Both the position numbers and the translations under genes were made by a program. DNA of 64,000 bases, from contig CM120642.1 of assembly GCA_051362555.1 (NCBI GenBank), positions 8,990,001-9,054,000 on the forward strand. The letters run 5' to 3'. This DNA is from Lingula anatina (Eukaryota > Animalia > Brachiopoda). Numbering within the stretch: position 1 is the first letter of the stretch; each line of letters starts with the position of its first letter. Below, piece after piece: positions 13,301 to 33,245 of this stretch. The notes below the pieces were generated by a model. It had not been told where the DNA came from, made no database searches, and was given only the letters and a program-made list of their open reading frames with translations.

Positions 13301-14280
13301 GACAGAACAACGCACACTTTTATAATAACAGTAAATATTTTTATTTGCACCAATGAGATTAAAAAATAGTGACAACACCCATGCTTAGCAACTTAAAGGT
13401 CAAGGTTGCACGAGAAAATGTTAAACAATGCGCTTTAGATATCATTGAGCGAACGCATACAATTTAAATGCCTTAGCATATGACAAAATATTTAATTCAC
13501 GTCATCACACCGATTTCCATCTGTTGTTGATACCCTGAGTCACCTACCATATCCCGATAATTAAGACCGCCACACGCACCTTATTTCTAGTACAAGTAGT
13601 AGTAAACTACGTTCTGCGGTAACTGTGGAGAAAATGCTGAATCTTGGCCAGATCACTGTGGCCACCCTAGCACCCCGAGCAGACGAGACGTTGCGCTAGT
13701 TATTTGTGATAATTATATTACAAATAAAAATGTGGTATGGATGAAATGATCCCGCCCCTCACATTTTCAGCATGCAGTCAGCAACATAACCTGGCACATA
13801 CTCCGTCAACCAAATGTACACCGCTTTTGAAAGTATATTAAAAGCGTTTTAAAATATGTCCAAATCATTTTCTACGCCTACGATTTATACCTCGGATAAT
13901 TACAGGAAGACATGGCGGTATACCTAACCAGAAATTTTGAACTAAATTATCTAAATAGAAACAGTATATAGCAAAGAATCTTAGTGCAGGTGCGGACGAG
14001 TCTTAGGTGCTTAGGAAAAATTGTATGGCTTTTTTTTCTTTAGAAAACTTATATTTGGCGCAAAGACTCCGGATTTGTTACCTTTAAGAAACGTGTCACA
14101 ACCTGACAACAAAATCACCTTCCATGGATAACGTATGGATTTCTTGCAGTAAGTACCACTTCGTATGGCAGTCAGAGCAGTGACACAATAAATTTGCGAG
14201 GGAAAAGGTATATTTGTAAGCCGACATTTTTCACAGGTCCTCATCTCTCACCCTCCATTCCCACACAAGATTTTTGCTAA

Positions 14281-15555
14281 CTACGTCAACTTAGCGATGT
14301 CTGGAATAAATTGCGGTTCATTTTCTGGACGAATTCCCGGAGTCGCGTAGATGATTTTATTTACCTCCGGAAGACGGCGCCAACGCAAAATGTTTTGTAT
14401 TATCGGATGGTCGGCACGAAAATTGTCCAAAATGAATTTGGTCGAAACTCTATAGTTCATTTGATTTTTCTTTGTAGCAGTACCGTTGATGTATGCAAAT
14501 ATGGGCTCCTTTTTCGAAAATACACCAATTAAGTTTGTGGCGACATTGTTATTTGTATCGTTCCGCAGTGAAGATAACTGAAATGCCTTTGCAATTTCAA
14601 ATTTGATAGAATCGTGATAAACAACGGCTTTCGAAGCCTTTTCCTTTTTGCTATGAAAACGTTTGTTGGTCACTTGAACGTCATTGCACTGGATTCGATA
14701 CGAATTATATAGCATGGCTGCCCAATAATCAAGAAAAAGTTGTGAAAAATACCAAGAAATATGATCCAGTTCCTCGGTATACGGTAAAACACAAGAGAGC
14801 GTATGCCTGTGAAAAGCTGTAAACATGGCATCGAATTTGAAATTTATATTTACGCGTGCTCCTTTTTCTATGTAATTCTTTGCATAATGTGGATATCCGA
14901 TGGCAGGTTCCCATTCCAGAAGAAAAGTTTCGAAAATGTCAAACGGCGTGTCTTTGGTTGAGTTTCTACTTGTCGAGGAACTGTTAGTATTTTTGCCTGT
15001 TGGCAATGGAAGTAATACTGCGTCGTCGTCCAGAAATATGTAGTACAAATAACCACCATCTTCGCGTTTGGAAGCCCGTCTGACGGCTTCCCTCAGCAGC
15101 ATGTTTCTTCCTTGTGTCCAGGTACTTTTTGGAAAGTAAAAGTCTCCAGACCGGTCAGCGAACGTTAACCAGATAATCTGACGGTCAGATGAATGTTTTA
15201 GTCCCTTAATTGATTTAAAGCTTGGGCCTTGAATAAGGTACACAAAGCGAGCAGAAAGGCTTTCTGTATTTTCATATTTTCTATCTGTCAAACTGGACAT
15301 TGTCGCTGTTTTAACTTTGTCCTCTCCATCTGGGTTCTTCAGTGACGAGGACGCGGGAACAGGCGTCACCGTACTGCCGATTATTTTTACACCTGAATCC
15401 TCTTGTTTCCCATTGTTATCATTCATGTTTACCTTGACACTTTTTGAAGACGACTGGGTGACCATAAAGGTTACGTATTTATTTAAGTAACTTGCCGTAA
15501 AAATCAGCATCAAAATAACCAATGCACTGAATATTCCCCTCCAGTTTCTTCTCAT
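14281..15555 (-). CDS. Uncharacterised intronless type II membrane protein, putative GT-A-fold glycosyltransferase (424 aa)
   Basis: Uninterrupted ORF with a short basic N-terminus, one TM segment (GIFSALVILMLIFTASYL), a low-complexity stem, then a globular domain with YLYYIFLDDD after STWTQGRN. An intact paralog lies 4 kb away. Function is inferred. Confidence 0.85.
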   Translation of the reverse strand: MRRNWRGIFSALVILMLIFTASYLNKYVTFMVTQSSSKSVKVNMNDNNGKQEDSGVKIIGSTVTPVPASSSLKNPDGEDKVKTATMSSLTDRKYENTESLSARFVYLIQGPSFKSIKGLKHSSDRQIIWLTFADRSGDFYFPKSTWTQGRNMLLREAVRRASKREDGGYLYYIFLDDDAVLLPLPTGKNTNSSSTSRNSTKDTPFDIFETFLLEWEPAIGYPHYAKNYIEKGARVNINFKFDAMFTAFHRHTLSCVLPYTEELDHISWYFSQLFLDYWAAMLYNSYRIQCNDVQVTNKRFHSKKEKASKAVVYHDSIKFEIAKAFQLSSLRNDTNNNVATNLIGVFSKKEPIFAYINGTATKKNQMNYRVSTKFILDNFRADHPIIQNILRWRRLPEVNKIIYATPGIRPENEPQFIPDIAKLT

Positions 15556-16099
15556 TTTTCTCGCCTCTGGGATACACCTATAACAATAGATAAAAATGCA
15601 TTAAGAAATGAGCTATATATATTTCTACCTGTAGATCATTGTTGGGGAAAACGCGTCCTCTAATCTGAAAGGCAGACGTCCTATTTAACCGTGCACACTT
15701 TACGGTAACGAAGAGAAAAAACAATTTAGCTGCAACTGCATTTTTCTTCACACATGTCACCGTTCTTTTAAAAAAGTGGTGACTCCTCATGAAAATATGA
15801 AAATATGAAGAATGATGTCCTTACGTCCACTGAATAATTTACACTGGTAAATTGAATACCCCTTATCGAACAAAATAAAGGCCTATAACAAGGTAGATCG
15901 GCAAGTGCGGCTTGAGGTTCATCCTAATTTAGACTTGTGGCGTGGCATAGTGTTCTCATACCTCAGTTTAATTCCTCTTTGGCAAATGACATTCAGGAAA
16001 AGGCCCCTATGGGCGTGCATAGTAATACGACTGCAGCTGTTGTTGAAAGCCCTGAGATAATCAATTAAAAAAGTGTCCCTCTCTGTACTCTGAATTGGT

Positions 16100-17000
16100 G
16101 GGTGACGAAGGTGGTAATGTTAATAATTTAAAATTTGTGGTGCCCTCCCTCGTTGAACAATTGAATGCTAGACGCTGATATGTCATTTACGAGGTAGTCC
16201 CCAAGGATAGAAACCCCGGTTCCCATGGATAAGTCCAAGCCCCCTCCCAGATTTTGATCAACTTCTTCATGTTACCCCTAACCTGTACAAGTGTTATGGA
16301 AGGCGGATTGTCTGTAACACAGACCCTTGGTGTGCGTGATTGGGCTCTAAAAAATTGTCAATTCACCATCGCCTCACGTCCCTCCTTGAGCGAGGTCACA
16401 CACCAGTCAATTCATAGGCCTATTCTGTTGTTGGTCGTCGTCATGGTTGAGCATACAAACCCATTGTTATAGTATTGATTGGCAACAAAAACGCAAGGTA
16501 AATTACTCGGTCAAGCATGCCAATGGTCCATCGATCTGTACACATGGATAGTACAAAACCCATGCATTAGCCTATATTGAAAGTAGAGCAGGTAAGACGT
16601 TAATCTCTCCTCACTTACATAATCAAATCATGTAAAACCCAAACAATATACCTGTCTGGAATATTGCACTCAGATATATATAGCAATGGTCTCTGCTCGG
16701 AGGAAGTTGTAAATCACACGCACTTTAAACCTGCTAAATTTTTAATAGATCCATTATGCTTCACCGCACCAAGTATTAATCCATCTTATATTTATATCTG
16801 TGAGCATTTAAATAGCCTGGGTGTAGGCCTATCCTAGGAACCTCTAGTCGGCCTGTCCATACAAGCTCGTCCACTTACATAGGGAAACTCTAGTCAATTC
16901 ACCTAGACAGAGTAACAACTATCAACATCTTCAATACTACAGATATTGTAGAGGGTGATCAAAAGAGAGAACGCCCTGCTTTGGGCTTGAGTTCGCCGTT
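16100..17000 (-). mobile_element. Possible highly decayed L1/Tx1-type LINE ORF2 3' remnant
   Basis: Minus strand at about 16557-16594 reads YLLYFQYRLMHG, resembling the L1/Tx1 zf-RVT LRxFQYKLLH motif. The surroundings are full of stops and the boundaries are approximate. Confidence 0.3.
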
Positions 17001-18177
17001 TTCTTACCTGTTAAAGCCTATGGTCAGCGTACCCGGTACCCTCACTCAATGAACGATGACTGCAGCCTGCCTCTGTCTTGATACTCTTCAAACATCTAAT
17101 TACATAGGCCTACACTATAGCATGGCCTGACCGTCACACAAGCCCCGATCCATCGCATCACGACGCGGACGCTTTTAAAAGGCTTTCCTCAAATTGCAGT
17201 AACCTTTGCGTGCACTTTCACGTCTGCTTGAGAGGACCCAATATTCTCATATAGAAGGTGCAAAATAGTTCTGGTGATTATGCGCGCGCATGAGTTAACA
17301 ACAAGACGGTGTCCTTTCCTTATCCCCACAAAATAATAATAATACATTTAAGTTAAAACGTGTCGACAACTGGCCGATCATTAAGCATTCATATTGCAAC
17401 CAAATCGATGTTTGTGCCTCCTTTATTACGACAACAGTGATGCCAGTTTCATGGTCCCACAAAGGACGCAGAAAAGACGCCGTCTAGTGTAAAGGGGGTT
17501 TTAGGGTGTCTGACACAGATTTATTGAGTTACGTAATGGACGAATTATACAGTGGTTATGCGTTTTCCATTCAAATGAAATTTGGAATTCACATTTTTAT
17601 AGTATGTTATAGTATTTTTATAATATTGCAGGAGACTCATTATGAGGTAAGTATGCCAATTATTCTGATTGAAAAATATATACATGTAGTTTATATTTGT
17701 TTTTGCAAGGGTTGTGCGAGCTGTGCTCCACAACAGTGAAAAAAAAAACATTTTTATACATTGTTTCTTGACAAAGGAGGGTACGTAGATTTTGTTAGAT
17801 TGTGCACCGTGTGACCGATACAGGCTCATTCAGAGTATACTCCGACTACAGTTTTAAGATAAACTTATGATCTAGTGTAATTTATAATATTAATTAATAT
17901 CACATTGCGACATGCGCGCTAGTACATGTAAATGCAAGCACCTGCCATATGACATTACACGCACGCGAGCACTACTTAAAGTGAATCATTTATTTTTATG
18001 TGAACTGAAGACTGCAATTCAAGAAACAGAAAACTGAGTTTTTATTCATATTTCTCTCTTTGAGAATGGTAACCACATATGTACACCACTAAAACTGTTT
18101 ATCCATACACTGTACGTCAGACTGCAAATAAAGTATGGGTGTAGATCAGAACTGTTTTTTTACTAGCATGTTCTTTA

Positions 18178-18178
18178 A

Positions 18179-18209
<31 letters not shown>

Positions 18210-18212
18210 AAT
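18178..18212. repeat. (TAAA)n microsatellite
   Basis: Direct reading. Confidence 0.9.
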
Positions 18213-19340
18213 AAAAAAACTACCATTCAGCATCCCAAACATTTTATTTTATTTTATTTTATTTTATTTATTTATTTATATTTGTATATTTGGTCGCAGG
18301 TGGTTCATGGGGACATAATGATTTCTACGACTAATCTCAGCTGGTAGACATCCTGCGATCCCCTTTTTGCGGAGACGGCACGCACAGAATCACTCCACTA
18401 CATGCATCTTGAATAAATATCACCTTTAATAAATGCTGGTTTGGCTGCCATTATATAACCAGGGAGGCATATATTGCCATCTTATGTAAATTGCATTGAG
18501 ACGCAGTGGGGTGTGGTATAACAGAACAAGTACCAGACTGGACTAAATGCTACGACAAAAGAAGTGCGTTCAGGCAATTACCATGATGCAACCCACTGCT
18601 TCACATGATCGTGCCGTACACAATGGCTTTCATACTTTGGGGAAAAAGCATTAATATACCTCCATATAGGCACTAAGATTTCGTTTTGGTGCAGCAAACT
18701 AGAGAACAAAACTTAAGAAGGGGGCGGGGTGCATTCATAAGGATTATTATATAATTCATATAATTCAGTTAGACACCGATCGATCTACTGGATTGTCCAC
18801 CCGTGACTTGACACCTCCTTGTTTCCTGGCTCAGGACTAACGAGAGAGAGAGAGAGAGAGAGTGAGTTCCACAAAAATCAGTTTTACAAAAACATTATCT
18901 AAAATAATTTTATTACTTTCATCAATGTTTGTTTACTTGTGACTTGCAAAAGATAGACATTCTACCTGTTTACAAAAACTACATGTAAGAAATATCAGAG
19001 AACTGTACAGACTAGATTAAGTATAACTATCAACGTGTGTAATGAAGACAAAGGATGTCACCAAGAATAATCTTCTAACTGTCGGATATAAATAACCTGT
19101 CATGTTTGTATCTAAACGGAGACATTACATTTGAAAAGCAATCATTTTTTATCAGAGAAGAATTTCATCAGTTGTGCAATGTTGTAAGAGTGAAGTGATT
19201 TTCTGCAATCGACAGCTAATATTAAAATAGTTTATGTCATTCCTTTCTGAAAATGCTCTAGAAAGACCGAAATATTAGAGGTAAACAATTTCAATATTTG
19301 CTGTTGATTGATGAAAATCACTTTATTATTATAACCATTT

Positions 19341-20585
19341 CTATGAGATAAACGGCTTTCCAGTATCAGGTATAAAATTGGGCTCGTGGGAAAATTTTAT
19401 ATATGACCTACTATTACCATAGAGTATGTGTTTCACCTCAGGCATCTGACGCCACTTTAGCATATTTTTAGTTAGGGGATGTGACCGATTAAAGTTTTCT
19501 AAAATAAATTTTGTCGACAATCTGTATTCCATCTCTCCTTTCTTCTTAGCCGTCCCTTCACTTCGCCAGTAATGAGGCTTCTCTCCAAAAATTTGTTTAA
19601 GAGATTTTGATTCTGGGCTGGAAGTGGTGTTTACACTTATGTCGGAGCGTAATGCTTGCATCAGATATTTGTTCGGTACATTGAAATCTAAAGCATCTTT
19701 GTACTCGACTTCATCAGATTTACGTGCACCGTAGTGACTGCGGGAGTTGTACTCCAGAATAGAATTGCATTGCACTCGGTATGAATTGTACAACATAGTG
19801 GACAAAAGAATTACAAACCACTGTGAATAGAACCACGATTCGTTGTCAAGGTCTTCCATGTAGGGTAGGAGACTTGACAAAGTGTGTTTATGAAACGCAG
19901 TAAATGCAGCGTCAAAATTGTAATTTATATTCACTGGCGAATTCACGTCCACATAATTTTTACGCAAAGGACCATACGACGCCGCCGGTTCATAATCTAT
20001 CAGAAACTCTTCAAACCTTTCAAATGGAGTGGCGGGGATATTATCTTTCCACCATCGTTTTTTGTCGTCTATAACCTTCAGTTCTAAATCATCATCCAAG
20101 AATATGTAATAAAGATAGCCGGAGTCGGGTCTCATAGCCGCCCTACCCACAGCCTCGCGTAGAAGAATATTTCTTCCCTGTGTCCAAGTTGTCTTAGGAT
20201 AAAACAAATCTCCATTCTTAACCTTGAATGTTAGCCAGATGATCTCTCTATCTTGGCTTTCAGTAAGTTGGGGAAGCTTGCGCTTCTGTGTACCTTGAAT
20301 GAGATATACAAAACGAGCACCTGCGGTTGAAGGGACATTTTCTGTGCGACGACTCTGAGTTGTTTCTTCTGCCGCCTTACCCACTATAATTTGGTCATCG
20401 TAGCTTGCCTTTTCCAGGTCTGAACTTTGTTTTCTTAATACCAACACGAAGACCGCACCCACAGCTAGTATAGCGATCACACCAGTTTTCACGCCCGCCC
20501 TCCTCGTCGCCATCTTAGCATTGCAGTGCAGCAGGATCATTGTTGACAGTTTTGTTGTTTTCACGTGAACGGTCCCACAATGCAA
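19341..20585 (-). CDS. Second intact intronless paralog of the DxD glycosyltransferase-like family (ATG start probably at MILLH or MATRR)
   Basis: 414-codon ORF with a TM segment (VIAILAVGAVFVLVL). It shares ARFVYLIQG, IIWLTF, PKxTWTQGRN, GYLYYIFLDDD, FDAxFTAFH, SWxxSQ and YNSYRxQCN with 14281-15555. Confidence 0.85.
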   Translation of the reverse strand: MHCGTVHVKTTKLSTMILLHCNAKMATRRAGVKTGVIAILAVGAVFVLVLRKQSSDLEKASYDDQIIVGKAAEETTQSRRTENVPSTAGARFVYLIQGTQKRKLPQLTESQDREIIWLTFKVKNGDLFYPKTTWTQGRNILLREAVGRAAMRPDSGYLYYIFLDDDLELKVIDDKKRWWKDNIPATPFERFEEFLIDYEPAASYGPLRKNYVDVNSPVNINYNFDAAFTAFHKHTLSSLLPYMEDLDNESWFYSQWFVILLSTMLYNSYRVQCNSILEYNSRSHYGARKSDEVEYKDALDFNVPNKYLMQALRSDISVNTTSSPESKSLKQIFGEKPHYWRSEGTAKKKGEMEYRLSTKFILENFNRSHPLTKNMLKWRQMPEVKHILYGNSRSYIKFSHEPNFIPDTGKPFIS

Positions 20586-21166
20586 CGCGATCCGCTTAAT
20601 GCATGTCAGTGTATGTCAACCTAATATTGATACATAAATGTATGGACTCTCCAGCACTAACAATCAATAGACAGATTTTTATTGCAGTGCTACAGCTCTG
20701 TATGAATTTTGTTTTTAAATTTCTTAAAAATCTTTTTTTTTTCTTACAGTATCATTTTAGCATAGGCCTATAGTGTTTATAATGCATTAGAATAAAATAT
20801 TATAGACATAGATAGTGGCAGCGCCACGAGCAAAAAGATCTTAAAGTTTTGTAAATTCTGGTTTTAGATTTCTTAATAATGATTTTTTTCTTTCAGGATA
20901 AATTTAAGACATACTATTTTCAATATTATAATACGCAAAAATAAGGTTGTAAGCAGTGTGACAGTACGGAGCCACAGCTTGTAACTTTTTAAAAAAGAAT
21001 ACTGGTTTTTAATTTTGAATAACTTTCTTTTTTCCAGGATAAGCTTAACACACACTAGAACTATTCACTAATATTTTAATTTCGTTTATATTTGTCAGTT
21101 AAGAAGCATATAGACACACGATACTTAATATTAATAAGAATAATTTTATTAACTTAATATATACAT

Positions 21167-21410
21167 GCAGGGGCGGATCCAGGATTAATTGAGGGGGGGG
21201 GTCCGCGGATGCGAAGCTGACCCCCCCCCCCCCCCCCCAACCCCCAACCCCCATTGGGCCCTTCAGCGGGCCCCGAAAATTTTTGGTCTTTTAGAAGGCG
21301 AATGGTGCCATTTGGTACGGTTTAGAACTATCATCCAACTAGTCAAAATTATAATTTCAAGAGGGGAATATTGTTGTGAAATATTTTTCAGAAACCTAAA
21401 TCCACCACTG
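21167..21410. mobile_element. MITE with CAG(G/T)GGCGGAT(C/T) termini (family A)
   Basis: Starts caggggcggatccagg and ends ctaaatccaccactg (imperfect inverted termini). The internal ttagaaggcgaatggtgccatttggtacggtttagaacta is shared with about 22410-22550 and 41480-41630. Confidence 0.7.
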
Positions 21411-22404
21411 TACATGTACAAAACAACTAAGAATCTTGAAAACTAATGGAGCTCATAAAGGTGTTACATAAATAAAAATAAAATTGTAATAATGATAATA
21501 AAATCCTGAAATTTGAGATATGAAAATGAAAACCTGCATGGATATAGAATTTCATTTTACTGTATACGCTTTAAATGATTTTTAAGTAAACTTCATACTC
21601 AAGTAGACCCTATCCTAATAGCAGTAGGCCCTACTTGTGCAAATGCATAAAAACATTTCTTTATTACCATGGAAAAACAAAACCAAATGCACAAACACGA
21701 ATAAGTTGTTGATGTTTTCCTGTTATATGCAATTTATGTTTGCAAATCTCTCTTTTTTTTCTTACAACAGTCCAAATACAGAAAATGTTTTTCTCATCTG
21801 ATTTGCTTATGTCCTGTCCCTTATGCAAGTTATATATTGGCAACGGAATTTTTTTCAACATGGCAGTTATGTAGAATTTATGCCCTCTTTTGAAATACAT
21901 AGAGTCTGTGACGTGCCTGAGAATCATTCAAAATGTCATATTCATTATTGATACTTCATTATTGATAGTTTCATCCAGTTTCTTCCCTGAAAACTACAAC
22001 TCAATTTATCAGTGGTGTGGCCTTTTTGCGTTAGTGGTAGTCCGTTACAAAATTATAGTGTCACAACTGAATTTTGTATATTATTTTAGCTTCCCCTATA
22101 TCAAAGAGCAGATGAATTTTTAAAGATCGACCTATCCCATCCCATCTCACGCTACGTTTCTCAAATATAAATCTATTATTTTTCTGCGAAACCAACTGCT
22201 GTTTATTCGGAACTCGGAGAATTAAAACTAAAGTTAGTTCACTTTAAGAGGTTTACATGCAATGGCATTTAGTAATAGGCGAACATTGTAACAAACCTTG
22301 CAAAAACACTTGTACATGTAGGTGGAGTGGTTTATGACGTTTCGCTATTTAAACTGGAGTTTACACTCATAAAACGAAAAGACGGGAAACTTGGGATAAG
22401 ATCA

Positions 22405-22550
22405 AAGGGCTCCAAAAATTTGGGTATTTTAGAGGGCGAACGAAGCCATTTGGTACGGTTTAGAACTATAAATCAGCTAGTCAAAATTCTAATTCCAAGA
22501 GGGGAAAATAAGCGTGATCTGACCCCCCTCCCCCTCTCAATCCGCCACTT
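22405..22550. mobile_element. Partial MITE family A copy
   Basis: ccatttggtacggtttagaactat...ctagtcaaaatt...aatccgccact matches 21167-21410. Confidence 0.6.
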
Positions 22551-23728
22551 TATTTAGACGGGAAGAAAAATGAAATATATGCTACCGAAATAGACACAGG
22601 TACGGGGGGGTACATGTACCTGTACATGTATGACGAATAGGGCCTACAATGTACATCACGTTATTAAGTTTAGGCCTAGTCGATATAATATCTAACTTGC
22701 ACGGATTTCATGTAGAATGTCCGTATTGTAATATTCTACCATCGGACCACATCATATTCGAGTGTCACCTTCATGTTTAAATAATCTTCATTTACCCCTG
22801 CCATATGATACTTGTACATGTAATAAAACACGGATATATGCACGAACGCTTTTGTTATGTACGCCAGTAGCTGAATTTATAAAATTTACTTGATGATTTA
22901 TAATATTTTTATGCAGTTATCCTCACGTTTACATAAATTGGCATTAAAACCATCAGCCAGTAAACAGTTTCACTGACATCCATAGCCCCTGCTACATCTA
23001 AAGCGTTTTTTCCATAGTCATCGGCCTGTTGCCGTTGTAAGAAAACGGGTGTCCGTGTAACAGAAAGTACGCCCTCTATTTAGTAATAATGGTTAGGGTT
23101 AACCTGGCCTAAGTGGGTCAAAATTTAGGGCGAGGCTTGCCTGTATGTGAATGGATAGCGGACTGTCTAAAATTGGGGACTCCCTGTCAAGTTACATGCA
23201 TTACCGGCGTGACAAAATGATAAACTATATCCACTGCACTGAATTCTGAACAAATAGAAACTGCTCAGAATGTTAATGCCTTTCAATATGCATGAAGTTA
23301 TTATTATTACTATATATTACCATTATTAGGGACCTATTATTATTATTATTATTATTATTATAGTTCTTAGATGGACATTCCCAATTTCACCAAACTTTAG
23401 AATAAAGGTAGGTACACTTCATGGGTTTCAAAATCTCCGAAATGCTAACTTTTGCCATTCACTGCGTGAAAATGATACCTGATATTGATATTTCCATTGG
23501 AGCTTATAGGAAATAAAAGGTCGACCGTCGATGTTATAATGATTGGCCGGTCATTTTAAGCTAAAATCAGCCTTTACAAATTTTATCAAAGGTCGAATGC
23601 AAATGCAGAGAGGGATAGATAAATGATTCTTGAGTACTAGAATACTGCTTATTTTTCCGGGGAAATCCACTTTGGCGGGTAAGTCCGATGAAGCATAATA
23701 TATTGCGGATAAGGAAACGGCAGCATCG

Positions 23729-28080
<4,352 letters not shown>

Positions 28081-28937
28081 TTGTTGATGTCATCATAACC
28101 GTGAATGTCATTGTTAGAAAAGAGATAGGGGTGTCCCTGCAGTTATTGTAATTGTCATATTTTAACTGCTTCTGAAGGACAGGCCTAAGCTGTAAAACCT
28201 GATTCTCAGTAACACAGGTCGTTACAAAAACTTGTGGTGATTGCATGCTCTAATTGTCATGCATCTCATGTGCTGTAGTAGTTAATACATACAATGTAGT
28301 TGTTGTGTAAGTGATGAAATATTGGAAAAACTATGTCAAAACTCTTGGATAGTATAACAGTGAAACTAGGTAACATTCGTTTAAATAAGTGAACATTGGG
28401 GGTAAGGGGCATATTTAGTAATAATAAGGACCTATTACAACAAGAACATATACCTAAATATCAAAACAATTTTCTGCAGCGATCCCGTTCAGTTCCATTA
28501 ATAGCCATTCCAATATTCGAGTCAATTATTGCCATAACTTTAGTATGGCTGATATAATGCAGTCATGGTTTAACATATTTACAGGTCAAGAAAAAGAAAT
28601 ACACAAATAAGAACAGTTTGTGATTACGATGGTTTTATTTACACATTTACAGTTAAATTTTTTAGGCCAATGGATATGCAATAATGATATAAGAATTAAA
28701 GGATAATTGATGTTGATGATGGTTCAGTAATGACAATATAATTGTACCACAGATGCTACATATAAAACAAGTTACCTGCATGATGTCTGATAATAAAGTT
28801 AAAATGAACAAAATTAAATATTCTTTAGTTCAGCATACATGTCTGCCACGCTTTGGCGTGAATTTTATTTTTTCAGAAAAAAAAAATTACAAAAAGAGTC
28901 TTTATACAGAATGAGTCATTGCACCATGATGATATAT

Positions 28938-31750
<2,813 letters not shown>

Positions 31751-32044
31751 ATTGTTTACGTTGTCAAGGTGTTCTCGCGTAATTTTGCGAGATCAATATG
31801 TGTCATGTGAATATGTGATTGTTGTGCATCGATATACTTGTCTCAACTATCGCAATTAATTCTAGCAAGACAAAAAAATGGGAGGTAGGCCACTATTAAT
31901 TGAACATAAAAGACATAAAACGAAATGAAATGAAAAATGTAATAAATGAAACGCAATTACGATAATAATAGTCATGATTGGTGTTTTGAAACAGCACCAT
32001 GTTGTTTTGAAACAGCACCATCACGTAATTAGCCAGAGATTGTT

Positions 32045-32272
32045 TGTTTCTCCGGTTTTAGGAATATCTTCTTCTGCCACTGGACACTACCAGTAACCAG
32101 CTAAAAGCTCGATGACACTAAATTGGGTCATGTCACTTACCGAGTATAGAACGTCTTGTATCAGTGGCAACGGATACCTGTCACAGGTGACTTCAGTCCA
32201 TAGTAGTCACAGAAACGTTCTCCCATCTTTCTTGGGTACCCGTCATAATAGGCATCATAAAAGACAATGAAA
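32045..32272 (-). mobile_element. Ty3/Gypsy reverse transcriptase fragment (relic)
   Basis: Across frameshifts the minus strand reads RFCDYYGL then YPLPLIQDVLYSVSDMTQFSVIELLAGYW*CPVAEEDIPKT. This matches the Gypsy RT RFCVDYRxLN...YPLPxIxDxL...FSxLDLxxGYWQxPxxxxDxxKTA. Confidence 0.8.
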
Positions 32273-32809
32273 AACGACTCGGGCAGTTTGTTGTATATCA
32301 AATTAGGCCTTAATCTTATATCTTAATTGATAACTTATTTTTAATTCATTATAAATTTGTATTTTATACTGTGACCGTTGTTGCACAGACAATGGGTGGT
32401 AGGCCTTATAAAACATATTTAAGTAAATTATATTATTGTCAACACTGTTTTTTAACAGTATTAAACGCCGTTAAAAGACGAATGGTATATTTTTTCGAAC
32501 ACCGGGCGTTTAAGTGCATGCACACCCAATATGAGGACAAATGCTTCCATAGTGACAGTTCACGAGATTCGCAGTTATAATGGACTGTTTTCAAGTTGCT
32601 GTCAACATAAGCTATTTATAGTAGTTTATCGCGGATTCAGAGAACAACAGGCAACATTTACCCGAAAATATAATGGGATAAAAGGAAGATGTCGCGTTTC
32701 TTATCCACGGCCAGTGTATGATAGCCCTAACCTCAAATGACCTTGCATTTAAATAAAAAAAACTTGAATCTTGACGCACATTGTGATGATTTAGTCAGTG
32801 CACTACCAG

Positions 32810-33245
32810 TACACACTGGACAATATTACACCCCATTTCCATAGATTAGATCGACCTACTTTAGATCGACCTAACTCCCTGGGGGTTCACGCTAAATAGC
32901 TGTCAGCCGGGCGGACACGAAAGTTAATTCCCCCCCTAACAGCTTGTAGTAGGCGGGACGGACATTTAAGTCGGATTATCTGAAAGTAATCTAGTGAGAC
33001 TCCCCGCGGGGATAGATCGATCTAAAATCTATGGGAATAGAGCCTTAGTGTTAACCCTACTGAACCGATACTTTAGGGGAGATAAATGACTGTGGAATGA
33101 TATGCTCCTGGTATCATTTTATTAACATCAAATTTCACATAAGGAACGGTTCTGACTGAACAATTCAACTGTGTCGATATTCTAACATTGCTTAAATTCC
33201 GCCTCTTCAGGTTAATAACTTTGATTACTCTGATTTAGGGGGTGT
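32810..33245. mobile_element. Decayed inverted copy of the Tc1-type MITE (34891-35129), interrupted by a second small inverted-repeat element (about 32835-33045)
   Basis: Begins tacacactggacaata. 33060-33244 is the reverse complement of about 34915-35100. The insert is bounded by ttccatagattagatcgacct and agatcgatctaaaatctatgggaa. Confidence 0.65.

Noticed and set aside
13596-14280. AGTAGTAGT as a Maverick/Polinton terminus, or a TE end at the stop of the 14281 gene
   Set aside because: No matching inverted terminus or Polinton genes were seen in the window.
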